A DNA stretch of 43,003 bases from an uncultured Thermoleophilia bacterium (lineage in GTDB: Bacteria; Actinomycetota; Thermoleophilia; UBA2241), in NCBI GenBank assembly GCA_964440225.1, contig CAYTRM010000001.1, positions 1 through 43,003 of the forward strand, in the 5' to 3' direction. Shown here one piece after another: positions 1 through 8,337 of this stretch. The stretch's first letter is position 1; every line of letters begins with the position of its first letter. The notes beneath the pieces were generated by a model. That model was not told the DNA's origin. It worked only from the letters and a program-made list of their open reading frames with translations, and did not search any database. A program made the translations under genes and the position numbers.

Positions 1-942
1 CCCGCTGCGCGCGGGGTCGGCGATCGCCCCCGGGAGATCGGACGTGCGCCGGGGAGCCCACCAGCGCAGCGCCTCCTGCAGAAAGCCGATCGCCGGGCCG
101 GGCGAACCATGATGCGGACGGGAATGACACCAGGGACCGATGAGTGCCTTGATCGGGCCCTCGTAGTGCTCGAGCATGCGAAGGATGGCGTCGCGGTAGC
201 CGTCGGCCCAGCCGCCGACCATGTAGACGGCGCAGTCCAGGGCGCCGTAGTCCTCGCAGACCGAGCCGTGCCGCCAGTACTCGTCGCGCCGCTGATGGGA
301 GATCCAGGTGGGCAGCGCCGGGGTGGCGGTATCGAGACGCTCCTGCCACATCTCCCGCCAGCGTTCGCCGACGACGGCCGGATCGGGCGCATGGGTCGCA
401 TAGCCTAACAGCATCGTCGCGTATGACTGCATCTCGGGTCCCATCAGGCAGCCACCGACATAGTGCTCGTCGTTGGCGTAGCGGTCGTCGCTCGAACACA
501 TCGAGATGACCGCCTTGAGCGCCGGTGGCCTGCGCGCGGCGACCTGCAGGCCGTTGAAGCCGCCCCAGGAGATGCCGATCATGCCGACGTTGCCGTTCGA
601 CCACGGCTGCGCGGCCAGCCAGGCGATGACTTCGACCCCGTCGTCCTGCTCCTGCGTCGTGTACTCGTCCCAGAGAAGCCCCTCCGCGTCGCCGGTGCCT
701 CTGATATCGACGCGGACGCCGGCGTACCCGTGACCGGCGAAGTAGGCGTGCTGACCAGCGTCCAACGGCAGGGAGCCGTCGCTCTTGCGGTAGGGGAGGT
801 ACTCGAGGATCGCCGGCACCGGATTGGTCTCGGCGTCATCGGGGAGCCAGATCTTGGCGGAGAGCCGACGCCCGTCTGAGAGAGTGATCCAGACCGCCTC
901 GAGCAGGCAAACCGTGCGGGGGTAATCGGTCCTGATGTTCAT
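1..942 (-). CDS. CocE/NonD family alpha/beta hydrolase (S15 X-Pro dipeptidyl-peptidase-like), 5' portion; continues to or is broken near the window edge
   Basis: No stop inside the window, so it is absent from the ORF track. Reverse-strand translation from the ATG (complement of 940-942) reads MNIRTDYPRTVCLLEAVWITLSDGRRLSAKIWLPDDAETNPVPAILEYLPYRKSDG... and stays open to nt 1. It is collinear with and very similar to the first ~295 aa of the 11076..13106 protein, including the GISWGG (GxSxG) nucleophile elbow. Similarity stops near nt 57. Confidence 0.8.
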   Translation of the reverse strand, partial: MNIRTDYPRTVCLLEAVWITLSDGRRLSAKIWLPDDAETNPVPAILEYLPYRKSDGSLPLDAGQHAYFAGHGYAGVRVDIRGTGDAEGLLWDEYTTQEQDDGVEVIAWLAAQPWSNGNVGMIGISWGGFNGLQVAARRPPALKAVISMCSSDDRYANDEHYVGGCLMGPEMQSYATMLLGYATHAPDPAVVGERWREMWQERLDTATPALPTWISHQRRDEYWRHGSVCEDYGALDCAVYMVGGWADGYRDAILRMLEHYEGPIKALIGPWCHSRPHHGSPGPAIGFLQEALRWWAPRRTSDLPGAIADPARSG

Positions 943-1476
943 CTGCGCGCCGTACCTGCCCCTGCCGTGGTCGCATCGCTCATGTGCGGTTCACCAGTTC
1001 GCTCGCGTGGGCCGAGTCACCCCCACCGTATCGGCTCGCCGGTCAGCGCTGCAACCGGCGGGTCGTGTTGTTCGGGAGAGAGGTCTGCCGAACGATTGCG
1101 CCACACGCCGGCGAGGGCGGGGCCCCGGGTCGTGGGCATCTGCGGGCTCTTGTATGCTGCTGCGATGGGCTGGCTGGCGCTGGTCGTTGCGTGGAGTCCG
1201 CACCGGGGGACCTCGGACGGGAGGCACGGGATGGCGGACGTGCAGGCGGCCCTGGGGGGCATCAAGCGATTCATCGAGGACCGCCTGCCGCGTTCCGACG
1301 CGCCCGGAGTGGTCGTCGCGCTGACCGACCGGGAGCGGTTCTTGGGCGGCGTCGCCGTCGGCCTCGCCGACGTCGCCGCCGGGCGGCCGGTGGAGCTCGA
1401 CGACCGCTTCCAGATCGGCTCCATCAGTAAGTCCTTCGCGGCCATCATCGCCGTGCAGGAGGTCGAGGCCGGGCGG
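57..1476. repeat. Paralogous copy of block 12221..13522 (5' halves of a divergent CocE/NonD hydrolase / serine hydrolase gene pair)
   Basis: Aligned by eye. The hydrolase-coding part matches at roughly nine of ten positions (e.g. 541-700 vs 12706-12865). The serine-hydrolase 5' part is less similar. The intergenic spacers (288 vs 170 nt) are mostly unalignable. Both ends of the copy are abrupt (nt ~57 and ~1476). Confidence 0.8.
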
Positions 1477-1731
1477 GGAGACCGTGGAGCGCGGCGAAAC
1501 CGTCGTTTTTTCTGGGTGAGCAGCGGACCGCCCCAGGTGGACGTCCCCGACGTCGTTGGGCTCTCCCAGGGCGATGCCTCGGCCGTTCTGGAGGAGGCCG
1601 GGTTCATCGTGAGCACCGACTACGTGGCCGGCTGGGGAGAGTTCCCCGGCACGGTGACGGCGCAGGACCCCGTCGCCGGCGTGCGCGGCAGATCCGGCGA
1701 CGAGGTGATCATCCAGGTCGCCGTGTTCTGA
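1231..1731 (+). CDS. Chimeric ORF: first 82 aa of a beta-lactamase-family serine hydrolase (SxxK retained) fused to a PASTA-like C-terminal domain; probable rearrangement product or pseudogene
   Basis: GGGAGG RBS 6 nt before ATG 1231. MADVQAALGGIKRFIEDRLPRSDAPG...FQIGSISKSFAAIIAVQEVEAGR parallels the N-terminus of the 13277..14956 protein, then breaks at nt ~1477. It continues as ...VDVPDVVGLSQGDASAVLEEAGFIVSTDYVAGWGEFPGTVTAQDPVAGVRGRSGDEVIIQVAVF, the pattern of a terminal PASTA repeat of PknB/PBP proteins. Confidence 0.6.
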   Translation: MADVQAALGGIKRFIEDRLPRSDAPGVVVALTDRERFLGGVAVGLADVAAGRPVELDDRFQIGSISKSFAAIIAVQEVEAGRGDRGARRNRRFFWVSSGPPQVDVPDVVGLSQGDASAVLEEAGFIVSTDYVAGWGEFPGTVTAQDPVAGVRGRSGDEVIIQVAVF

Positions 1732-2866
1732 CCCCTGCCCGTCCCTGGCTCTCGTCACCGCGGTCGACAAGATCATCCAGCGGCACGCCCACCTGCTCGG
1801 CCGCGAAGGCCAGCAAGAGTTCGCTCACGCGTTTCACGCGCATGCTCGAGTAACCGACCGCCGAGCGGAACGCGAGCCCATCGGACAGGGCGACCAGGCG
1901 CTGGACGATCAGCGCCGGCGGCACGACCGGATGGAACACGCCGGCCTTGCTCCCCTCCTCGATGACCTCTTCGAGGAAGACCGCCCAGCGCTCGGACATC
2001 GCCACGCACTCGGCAAGCAGGTGGGGGTGGAACCGCACGCGGGCCCAGGTCTCGATCCAGAGCAGGTACTCGTCGTGCAGCACGCCCTCGGACGGGACGG
2101 CCATCTCGAGAGCCGCCCGCAGAAGCTGGAAAGGGTCGGTCACGCGCTTGCGCAGCTGTTCCCACCGGTGGACCGTCTGCTCGTCCGCCCACTGCAGGGC
2201 CGCGAGGAGCACCTCGTCCTTGGACTTGAAGTAGTAGTGGATGATCGCACTCGATACGCCGGCCTCGCGGGCGATGTCGGCGATGCGCGTCGCTGACTGA
2301 CCACGTGCCGCGAAGGTGCGGCAGGCTGCGGCGCGGATGTTGTCTCGAGCCCGGGACGGATTGTCGTGGACTCGCCCCGACTCCACCGTGACCGCGCCCG
2401 TCTCCGTCGCGCTGAGCCAGAGCTTCTCGAGCAGGGCGGCGTCCGCTCCGCCGCCTGCCGACGCTCCCTCGAGCTTGCGCTTGACTCGCGCTGCCGTCGT
2501 GTAGCTGACTCCGAGCTCGTCGGCCAGCGCTCTCGGCGTGACCCTCTCCACGCTGCCCTTCATCAGCGCCGCTGCGCTGAACCAGGTGACGATGCTGAGC
2601 CTGGAGTCCTGCATGAACGTCCCCGCGGTCGGATAGACCTGCGTGCCGCAACTGTCGCAAGCGTAGGCGCGGCGACGCGTGACGCGGTGGAAACGCCGCA
2701 AGGTGCGGCAACGCCTGCAGACGGCGCTGGAGCCGTCGGGCGCGTGGAGCGTTGTCCAGAGCCAGTGCAGGCATTCGGCATCGCCTCCGATGGGGGCGAA
2801 GCGCCGTGCATCGGACGGTTGTGCTGTCGTGTCGCTCACATGCCCCCCGGTTCGGCTACTTGGCAC
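1709..2866 (-). CDS. TetR/AcrR-family transcriptional regulator with an N-terminal IS1595-type transposase zinc-ribbon plus HTH module
   Basis: 385-aa ORF. The N-terminal part has CRRC...YACDSCGTQVYPTAGTFMQDSRLSIVTWF then LADELGVSYTTAARVKRKL (zinc ribbon/HTH as in IS1595 transposase N-termini). The C-terminal ~215 aa has the classic TetR HTH IADIAREAGVSSAIIHYYFKSKDEVL and a helical ligand domain. Start uncertain (GTG 2866 or an internal GTG). Confidence 0.8.
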   Translation of the reverse strand: MPSSRTGGHVSDTTAQPSDARRFAPIGGDAECLHWLWTTLHAPDGSSAVCRRCRTLRRFHRVTRRRAYACDSCGTQVYPTAGTFMQDSRLSIVTWFSAAALMKGSVERVTPRALADELGVSYTTAARVKRKLEGASAGGGADAALLEKLWLSATETGAVTVESGRVHDNPSRARDNIRAAACRTFAARGQSATRIADIAREAGVSSAIIHYYFKSKDEVLLAALQWADEQTVHRWEQLRKRVTDPFQLLRAALEMAVPSEGVLHDEYLLWIETWARVRFHPHLLAECVAMSERWAVFLEEVIEEGSKAGVFHPVVPPALIVQRLVALSDGLAFRSAVGYSSMRVKRVSELLLAFAAEQVGVPLDDLVDRGDESQGRAGVRTRRPG

Positions 2867-3045
2867 ATACTACGCACCTTGGGAATACTTGTCTAATCTT
2901 TGATTCTAAATACGTGCTTGACAGTAGTAGACAGGCTAGTTGTAGAGTGACTCACGAGTAAGTAGGAGTCCTGTTCTTCGACGGCCGACCTCTTCTCCCG
3001 CCGAGGTGTGGTCGGTCGGGCGTTCCGGTCGAGAGGAGTCATCAC
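2867..3045. promoter_or_regulatory. Divergent, locally AT-richer control region between the TetR-fusion gene and MttB paralog A
   Basis: TTGACA at 2918-2923 and TAGAGT at 2943-2948 (19-nt spacer, longer than ideal). Imperfect inverted repeat CTTGTCTA (2888-2895) / TAGACAGG (2928-2935). GAGAGGAG RBS before ATG 3046. Confidence 0.35.
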
Positions 3046-4491
3046 ATGCAGCAGGCGTCACTCACTGTCTGGGATGCCGAGGCCTGTGCACGCGTGCATC
3101 GGGCTTCGCTCGAGCTTCTCGGGCGCACGGGTGTCGAGGTCAAGCACACGCGGGCGCGCGAGCTGTGCGCCTCCGCCGGCGCAAGTGTGGAGGGGAGTCG
3201 TGTACAGCTGCCGGCCGTCCTCGTGGAGCAAGCGCTGGCGAGCGCCCCGCGAACCTGGACGCTGCCGCCGCGCGGCGGCGGTTCGGCGCCGCTGGAATTG
3301 CGCGACGGCGCCGGCTACTTCGGCAGCGGCCCCGACTGCCTCTACGTGTCCGACCCCGAGACAGGCCGGCGCCGCCGGGCGCGTCTCGCCGACGTCGAGA
3401 CGGCGGCGCGCATCGCCGAGGTGCTGCCCAACATCGACTTCGTCATGAGCATGGCGCTGCCGGAGGACGCTCCCAGCGAGACCGTCGACCTCGCCCAGTT
3501 CGCCGCCATGCTCGCCGGCACGCGCAAGCCGATCGTCGTCTCCAGCCCGTTCGGCGGCGAGACGTTGCCGGTGATGCGCGAGATGGCGGCCGCCTGCGGA
3601 GAGGCGGCGAGCTTCGCCTGCCTGGCCATGAGCTCGCCGCCACTCATGCTCGACGACGTCTGCTGTTCCAAGACGCTTGCCTGCGCCGAGTTGGACATTC
3701 CGCTCGTACTGGCGCCCTCCGTCTCGGCAGGGGTGCAAGGCCCGGCGTCGCTGGCCGCCTGCGCCGCGGTGGCCAATGCCGAACTGCTGGCGGGCCTCGT
3801 CGTGCATCAGCTGGGCAAGCCCGGAGCGCCGTTCGTCATGGGGGTCGGCATCGGGACCATGAACATGCAGTACGCCGTTGAGGCCTACAACGCGCCCGGG
3901 GTGCTCGTCGGCAACCAGGCGCAACTCGACCTGGTGCGCAGCTACGGCCTCCCCAGCTGGCACTACGCCGGCCACACCGACAGCAAGCTGCTGGATGAGC
4001 AGTGGGCGCTCGAACTCGGCGTTGCCACCGTCATGGGCGCCCTCTCTCGCGCCACTCTGCTGCACGATGTCGGTTACCTCGAGAGCGGCCTGCAGAGCGC
4101 TCTCGAGGGCCTCGTGCTCGGCGATGAGCTCGCCGGCTACGCCCGCGCTCTGTTGAGGCCCGTATCGGTTGACGATGAGGCGCTGGCGCTCGCCGAAGTA
4201 GAGGCAGTGGGCCCCGGTGGCAACCACCTGGGGACGAGGATGACGCGTCACCACTTCCGCGACTTCTGGCGGCCCAGCCTGATCGATCAGAGTCCGTATG
4301 AGCACTGGGCCGCCGCCGGCGGCCGCACGCTGCTCGAGCGGGCACGTGAGCGGGTCGGGGAACTGCTCGCCGCGGAACCCGCGTTCGCGCTGGACGCCGC
4401 GACCCGGCAGCGGCTCGAGGAGCTCGCATCGGGAGGCGCTTCGGAGCAACGGGCCGGCCAGACTGCCGCGTCCGGCCGGGGAGCTTCCTGA
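3046..4491 (+). CDS. MttB-superfamily (trimethylamine methyltransferase-like, non-pyrrolysine) protein, paralog A
   Basis: 481-aa ORF with no in-frame TAG. Family-typical N-terminus (..VHRASLELLGRTGVEV..), PNIDFVMSMALPEDAP, RKPIVVSS, LLHDVGYLESGL, and VGPGGNHLG near the C-terminus. Closest to paralog C. Confidence 0.85.
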   Translation: MQQASLTVWDAEACARVHRASLELLGRTGVEVKHTRARELCASAGASVEGSRVQLPAVLVEQALASAPRTWTLPPRGGGSAPLELRDGAGYFGSGPDCLYVSDPETGRRRRARLADVETAARIAEVLPNIDFVMSMALPEDAPSETVDLAQFAAMLAGTRKPIVVSSPFGGETLPVMREMAAACGEAASFACLAMSSPPLMLDDVCCSKTLACAELDIPLVLAPSVSAGVQGPASLAACAAVANAELLAGLVVHQLGKPGAPFVMGVGIGTMNMQYAVEAYNAPGVLVGNQAQLDLVRSYGLPSWHYAGHTDSKLLDEQWALELGVATVMGALSRATLLHDVGYLESGLQSALEGLVLGDELAGYARALLRPVSVDDEALALAEVEAVGPGGNHLGTRMTRHHFRDFWRPSLIDQSPYEHWAAAGGRTLLERARERVGELLAAEPAFALDAATRQRLEELASGGASEQRAGQTAASGRGAS

Positions 4492-4492
4492 G

Positions 4493-5884
4493 ATGCCTCA
4501 TCACGCGGTGCCTCGCTTCGTGGCTTCCACGACCTGGGATCAGCTGCCCGACGATGTCCGGGAGCGCGCCAGGCTCTGTACGCTGGACAACCTCGGGGCC
4601 ATGCTCTCCGGGCTGGCGGCGCCGTCGGCAGCCATCGCCGCAGGCACCGCAGGCCGGCTGTGGGGCGGCGACGAGGCCACGGTCGTCAAGAGCGGCGTTC
4701 GCGCAAGCGTGGCAGGCGCGGCGTTCGCGAACGCCGTGGCGGCGAACGGGACCGACATCGACGACTGCGGTGTCTACACGCTCGGGCATCCCGGGGCGCA
4801 GATCCTGCCGGCCGCGCTCGCCCTGGCCGAGCACGGCTCGCTGCCGGGGCACGCCCTGCTGCGCGCCACCGTCGTCGGCTACGAGGTGGCCTTTCTCGCC
4901 GGCCGCTGCGTCCACGACTCCGAGACCTACTACTACCGCTCCTGCGGATCGTGGGGGTCGCTCGCCTGCGCTGCCGTCGCCGCCAACCTGATGGGGCTCG
5001 ACACGGAGGCGACGGCACACGCACTGGGCATCGCCGAGTATCACTCGCCGTACGCGCCCATGTTCCGCGACGTCGACGCGCCGGCGATGGTCAAGCATGC
5101 CTGTGGCTGGGGCGCGGCGACGGGCGTGACCGCCGCCGTCCTTGCGGCACAAGGGTTCACCGGCTGCCCCAGCATCCTCGAGGACGAGAAGTACCGCGGC
5201 TGGGTCGACGACGTCGGCAGACCCTTCCTGATCACCACCGGCATCATGTGGAAGAAGCACTCCTGCTGCGCGTGGACTCATCCGGCGCTCGATGCTCTCG
5301 AGGAGATCCTGCGACGGCAGCCGGTCGCGGCGGACGACGTGCGCCGCATCCGCGCGGTGGTCTACCGCGATGCCGTGCGGCTGGGCCTCAGACAGCCGGA
5401 GACGACCGAGGAGGCGCAGTTCAACCTCGCCTGGCCGCTCGCCGTGCGCCTCGTCGACGGCGAGGTCTCCCCGGCGCAGGTGCTCGAGCCGCGGCTCGGC
5501 GATCCACGCGTGCGCGCTCTCGCGGCGCGCGTGGAGATGGAGGAGTCGGAGGAGTTCACGTGGCTGTACGACCTCAGCTGCGACGAGGACCCCGAGGGCG
5601 CCGACATGGCACGAGTGGTCCTGGAACTCAGGGACGGCACGGTGCTCGACTCGGGACCGGTGCACTCGGATGTCTATCCCGACCATCCCTGGGGTCGCGG
5701 CGAGCTTGCCCGTAAGTTCCGCTGGCTGGCGCGGCCGCTGCTTCCCGGGGCGACCGTGGAGCAACTCATCGAGATGGTCCTGCGCCTCGACGAGGTCGAG
5801 GACTCACGCGAACTCCTCCGCGTCATCAAGGCCGGCCTGAGGCCGGAACAGGCTGAGCGGCATCACACCAAGGGGGACACATGA
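4493..5884 (+). CDS. MmgE/PrpD family protein, paralog 1
   Basis: ATG 1 nt after the MttB-A stop. MPHHAVPRFVASTTWDQLPDDVRERARLCTLDNLG..., NGTDIDDCGVYTLGHPGAQ, TTEEAQFNLAWP. Collinear with the 16793..18181 protein over its full length. Confidence 0.85.
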   Translation: MPHHAVPRFVASTTWDQLPDDVRERARLCTLDNLGAMLSGLAAPSAAIAAGTAGRLWGGDEATVVKSGVRASVAGAAFANAVAANGTDIDDCGVYTLGHPGAQILPAALALAEHGSLPGHALLRATVVGYEVAFLAGRCVHDSETYYYRSCGSWGSLACAAVAANLMGLDTEATAHALGIAEYHSPYAPMFRDVDAPAMVKHACGWGAATGVTAAVLAAQGFTGCPSILEDEKYRGWVDDVGRPFLITTGIMWKKHSCCAWTHPALDALEEILRRQPVAADDVRRIRAVVYRDAVRLGLRQPETTEEAQFNLAWPLAVRLVDGEVSPAQVLEPRLGDPRVRALAARVEMEESEEFTWLYDLSCDEDPEGADMARVVLELRDGTVLDSGPVHSDVYPDHPWGRGELARKFRWLARPLLPGATVEQLIEMVLRLDEVEDSRELLRVIKAGLRPEQAERHHTKGDT

Positions 5885-6336
5885 GAGCGACGATCCACGC
5901 CGATCCGCCCCACGGCGTCGCGGCTCTTGACGCGCTCGAACGACCGGGCGTCGACCCCCGCCGCGTGGCGATCGCCCACACGGACGCCGAGATCGACGTG
6001 ACCTATCAGACGGCGTTGGCCGAGCGAGGAGCCTTCGTCGAGTGCGATTGCATCGGCTGGGAGGGGGCGGCGCGGACCGGGGCCGACCAGGGAACGTCCG
6101 CGGATCACATGCGGGTGGAGGTCGTGGCATCCCTGCTGGCCGCGGGGTTCGGCGACCAACTCCTGCTCTCGCAGGACGTCGTCACGCGCATCCAGCTCAC
6201 GGCCCACGGCGGGGGAGGCTACGCGTACTTGCTGCGCGACCTGCCTCCGCTCTTCGAGGAACACGGAATCCCGCGACACCTGCTGCACCGGCTCGTGACC
6301 GACGGGCCCGCCCGCTGGCTGGCTTGGGGCCACTGA
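5881..6336 (+). CDS. Phosphotriesterase-related (PTE/Php, amidohydrolase superfamily) protein, C-terminal half only (truncated or remnant)
   Basis: 151-aa ORF starting with an ATGA overlap on the PrpD-1 stop. ATIHADPP..GVDPRRVAIAHTD...LLLSQDV...GGGGYAYLL matches only the second half of ~300-aa PTE-family proteins. The N-terminal HxH metal site region is absent. Confidence 0.55.
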   Translation: MRATIHADPPHGVAALDALERPGVDPRRVAIAHTDAEIDVTYQTALAERGAFVECDCIGWEGAARTGADQGTSADHMRVEVVASLLAAGFGDQLLLSQDVVTRIQLTAHGGGGYAYLLRDLPPLFEEHGIPRHLLHRLVTDGPARWLAWGH

Positions 6337-6477
6337 GATGCGGTGGTCTCCGAGCTTCGCATTGCCCGCATACCTCCGCAGCCTGCCCGGCATCGATCGA
6401 CCCACCGGGGCGTGCCCTCTGGACAGATCGAGGGCCGAGCGCGACCATTCGACTCACCGACCAGCGAAGGAGCCAGC

Positions 6478-8337
6478 ATGAATCGTCCCAGAGCGGCTTG
6501 GATCAGGACATCCACCATGGCCTTTGCGATTGCGCTGTCGGCGGCGCTGCTGACGCTCGCTCTGAGCGGCGCCGCGCTCGCCGGCTCGCCGTCGCCCGCC
6601 ACCGCTTCCTCGCCGGCCGCCGCGTCGCCGTCGAGCGGCCCGCTCACCTATCGCATCGGGATCGCCCAGGACGTCGTCGACGGCATGAATCCGTTCAGCT
6701 CCCAGAGCGGGATCGCGTGGGAGAGCTTCCGCCTCGGCTACAACTTCCTCACCTGGTACGACGCCGACTACAAGCCCGTGCCCGACGCCGCCGAGAGCTG
6801 GGAGGTCAGCCCGGACGGCCTGCGCTGCACCTTCCACCTGCGCCCGGGCCTCATGTGGAGCGACGGCCGGCCGCTGACCGCGCGCGACGTCGCCTTCACC
6901 TACAACCTGATCCTGAAGACGGAGCACTGGATGTACATCCAGTACCTGGTGGGCGTGACCAGCGTGACGGCGCCCGACGACGCGACCGTCGTGATCGTCT
7001 CGAAGAAGCCAAGCCCCGGCATGCTGGCGCTGTACATCCCGATCCTGCCCGAGCACGTCTGGAGCAAGGTCGATCCCGACAAGCTCGACTACTTCAAGAA
7101 CCTGCCCATGGTGTGCTCCGGCCCGTTCCGCGTGACCGAGGTCAAGAAGAGCCACTGGGCGACACTCGAGGCCAATCCGGACTACACCGAGGCGCTCGGC
7201 GGGCCGCCCCGCGTCCAGACCGTGCGCTTCGAGATCTACCAGACCCCCGAGACCATGGTCGCCGACTACAAGGCCGGCAACCTCGACTCCATCAGTTCGT
7301 TCACGGCCCTCGACTACAAGACGCTCAAGGGCATGCCGGGTACGACCGTCGACGCAGGGCCGTCGATCGGCTTCCACCAGCTCAGCTTCAACTGCTGGGA
7401 CTCGCCCAAGTCCAACGGCAACCCGCTGACGCGTGACGTCAGCGTCCGCCAGGCGGTCGCGTGGGCGATCGACAGGGAGAAGATCAATTCGATCTCCATG
7501 GGCGGGCTCTCCACGACGGGTGCGGCGATGTTCGGGCCGGCCCAGCCCTACTGGCAGTGGACGCCGCCGGCCGGCGAGGCCTACGCGTACGACCCCGAGA
7601 AGGCCAGGCAGATCCTCGATGCCGCCGGCTACGTCGACGGCGACGGGGACGGCGTGCGCGAGGCGCCGGACGGCGAGCCGCTCATCCTCCGCCTCGTCGC
7701 CCTGAACGAGTACCCGGAGGACGTGAGCGCCGCCAAGATGATCGTGGCGTGGTGCCGAGACGTCGGCATCAAGCTGAAGCTCGACCTGATGGACGAGGGC
7801 GCCTTCACCGACCAGTTCTACGACAACGCCGACTACGACCTGTTCATCTGGAGCTGGGGCGGCGACATCGACCCTGGGTTCATGCTCTCCACCTACACCA
7901 CCACGCAGATCATGAACAACAGCATGAACCAGTACTCCAACCCGGAGTACGACGCCCTGTTCGACGAGCAGGCCCAGGCTCTCGACGCTCTCAGCCCGGA
8001 CGACAGGAGCAAGCGGCAGGCCATCGTCTTCGAGATGCAGAGGATCATTCACCGCGATTGCCCGGATATCGTGCTCTGGTACAACGTCAACCTGGCGGCC
8101 TACCGGACCGACCGATGGACGGGGTACGTGAGGGCGCCCGGGCCGGAAGGCGCTCCCTTCTGGAACATGATCCGTGCGACCTACCAGGACGTGCAGCCGA
8201 ACGTGGCGACCGAGGACGCCGCGGTCGCCGGCTCGTCGGCGACGGTGTGGATCGTCGCCGGCGTCGCCGTCGTGATCGCCGTCACCGCCGTCGTCCTGCT
8301 GCTCCGGCGGCGTCCGCATGCGGTGGAGGACGAATGA
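6478..8337 (+). CDS. ABC-transporter substrate-binding protein, family 5 (peptide/opine/nickel type), signal peptide plus C-terminal TM anchor (SBP1)
   Basis: GAAGGAG RBS before ATG 6478. N-terminal signal peptide (..LALSGAALAGS..) without a lipobox Cys. Family-5 core (WSDGRPLTARDVAFTYN, ILPEHVW, GSGPF). C-terminus SSATVWIVAGVAVVIAVTAVVLLLRRRPHAVEDE. Confidence 0.85.
   Translation: MNRPRAAWIRTSTMAFAIALSAALLTLALSGAALAGSPSPATASSPAAASPSSGPLTYRIGIAQDVVDGMNPFSSQSGIAWESFRLGYNFLTWYDADYKPVPDAAESWEVSPDGLRCTFHLRPGLMWSDGRPLTARDVAFTYNLILKTEHWMYIQYLVGVTSVTAPDDATVVIVSKKPSPGMLALYIPILPEHVWSKVDPDKLDYFKNLPMVCSGPFRVTEVKKSHWATLEANPDYTEALGGPPRVQTVRFEIYQTPETMVADYKAGNLDSISSFTALDYKTLKGMPGTTVDAGPSIGFHQLSFNCWDSPKSNGNPLTRDVSVRQAVAWAIDREKINSISMGGLSTTGAAMFGPAQPYWQWTPPAGEAYAYDPEKARQILDAAGYVDGDGDGVREAPDGEPLILRLVALNEYPEDVSAAKMIVAWCRDVGIKLKLDLMDEGAFTDQFYDNADYDLFIWSWGGDIDPGFMLSTYTTTQIMNNSMNQYSNPEYDALFDEQAQALDALSPDDRSKRQAIVFEMQRIIHRDCPDIVLWYNVNLAAYRTDRWTGYVRAPGPEGAPFWNMIRATYQDVQPNVATEDAAVAGSSATVWIVAGVAVVIAVTAVVLLLRRRPHAVEDE

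Noticed and set aside
1709-2866. IS1595-family insertion sequence.
   Set aside because: Only the N-terminal zinc-ribbon/HTH part is present, fused to a TetR domain. There is no DDE transposase domain and I found no terminal inverted repeats.
7461-8333. N-terminal extensions suggested by the ORF track. Examples: 7461..9671 as a 736-aa CapA, 24501..26345, 36019..39207, 4298..5884, 6343..8337, 22984..24906, 34563..35270.
   Set aside because: The extensions overlap the upstream genes in another frame and are low-complexity. Paralog alignments and RBS positions support the shorter starts given in the feature list.
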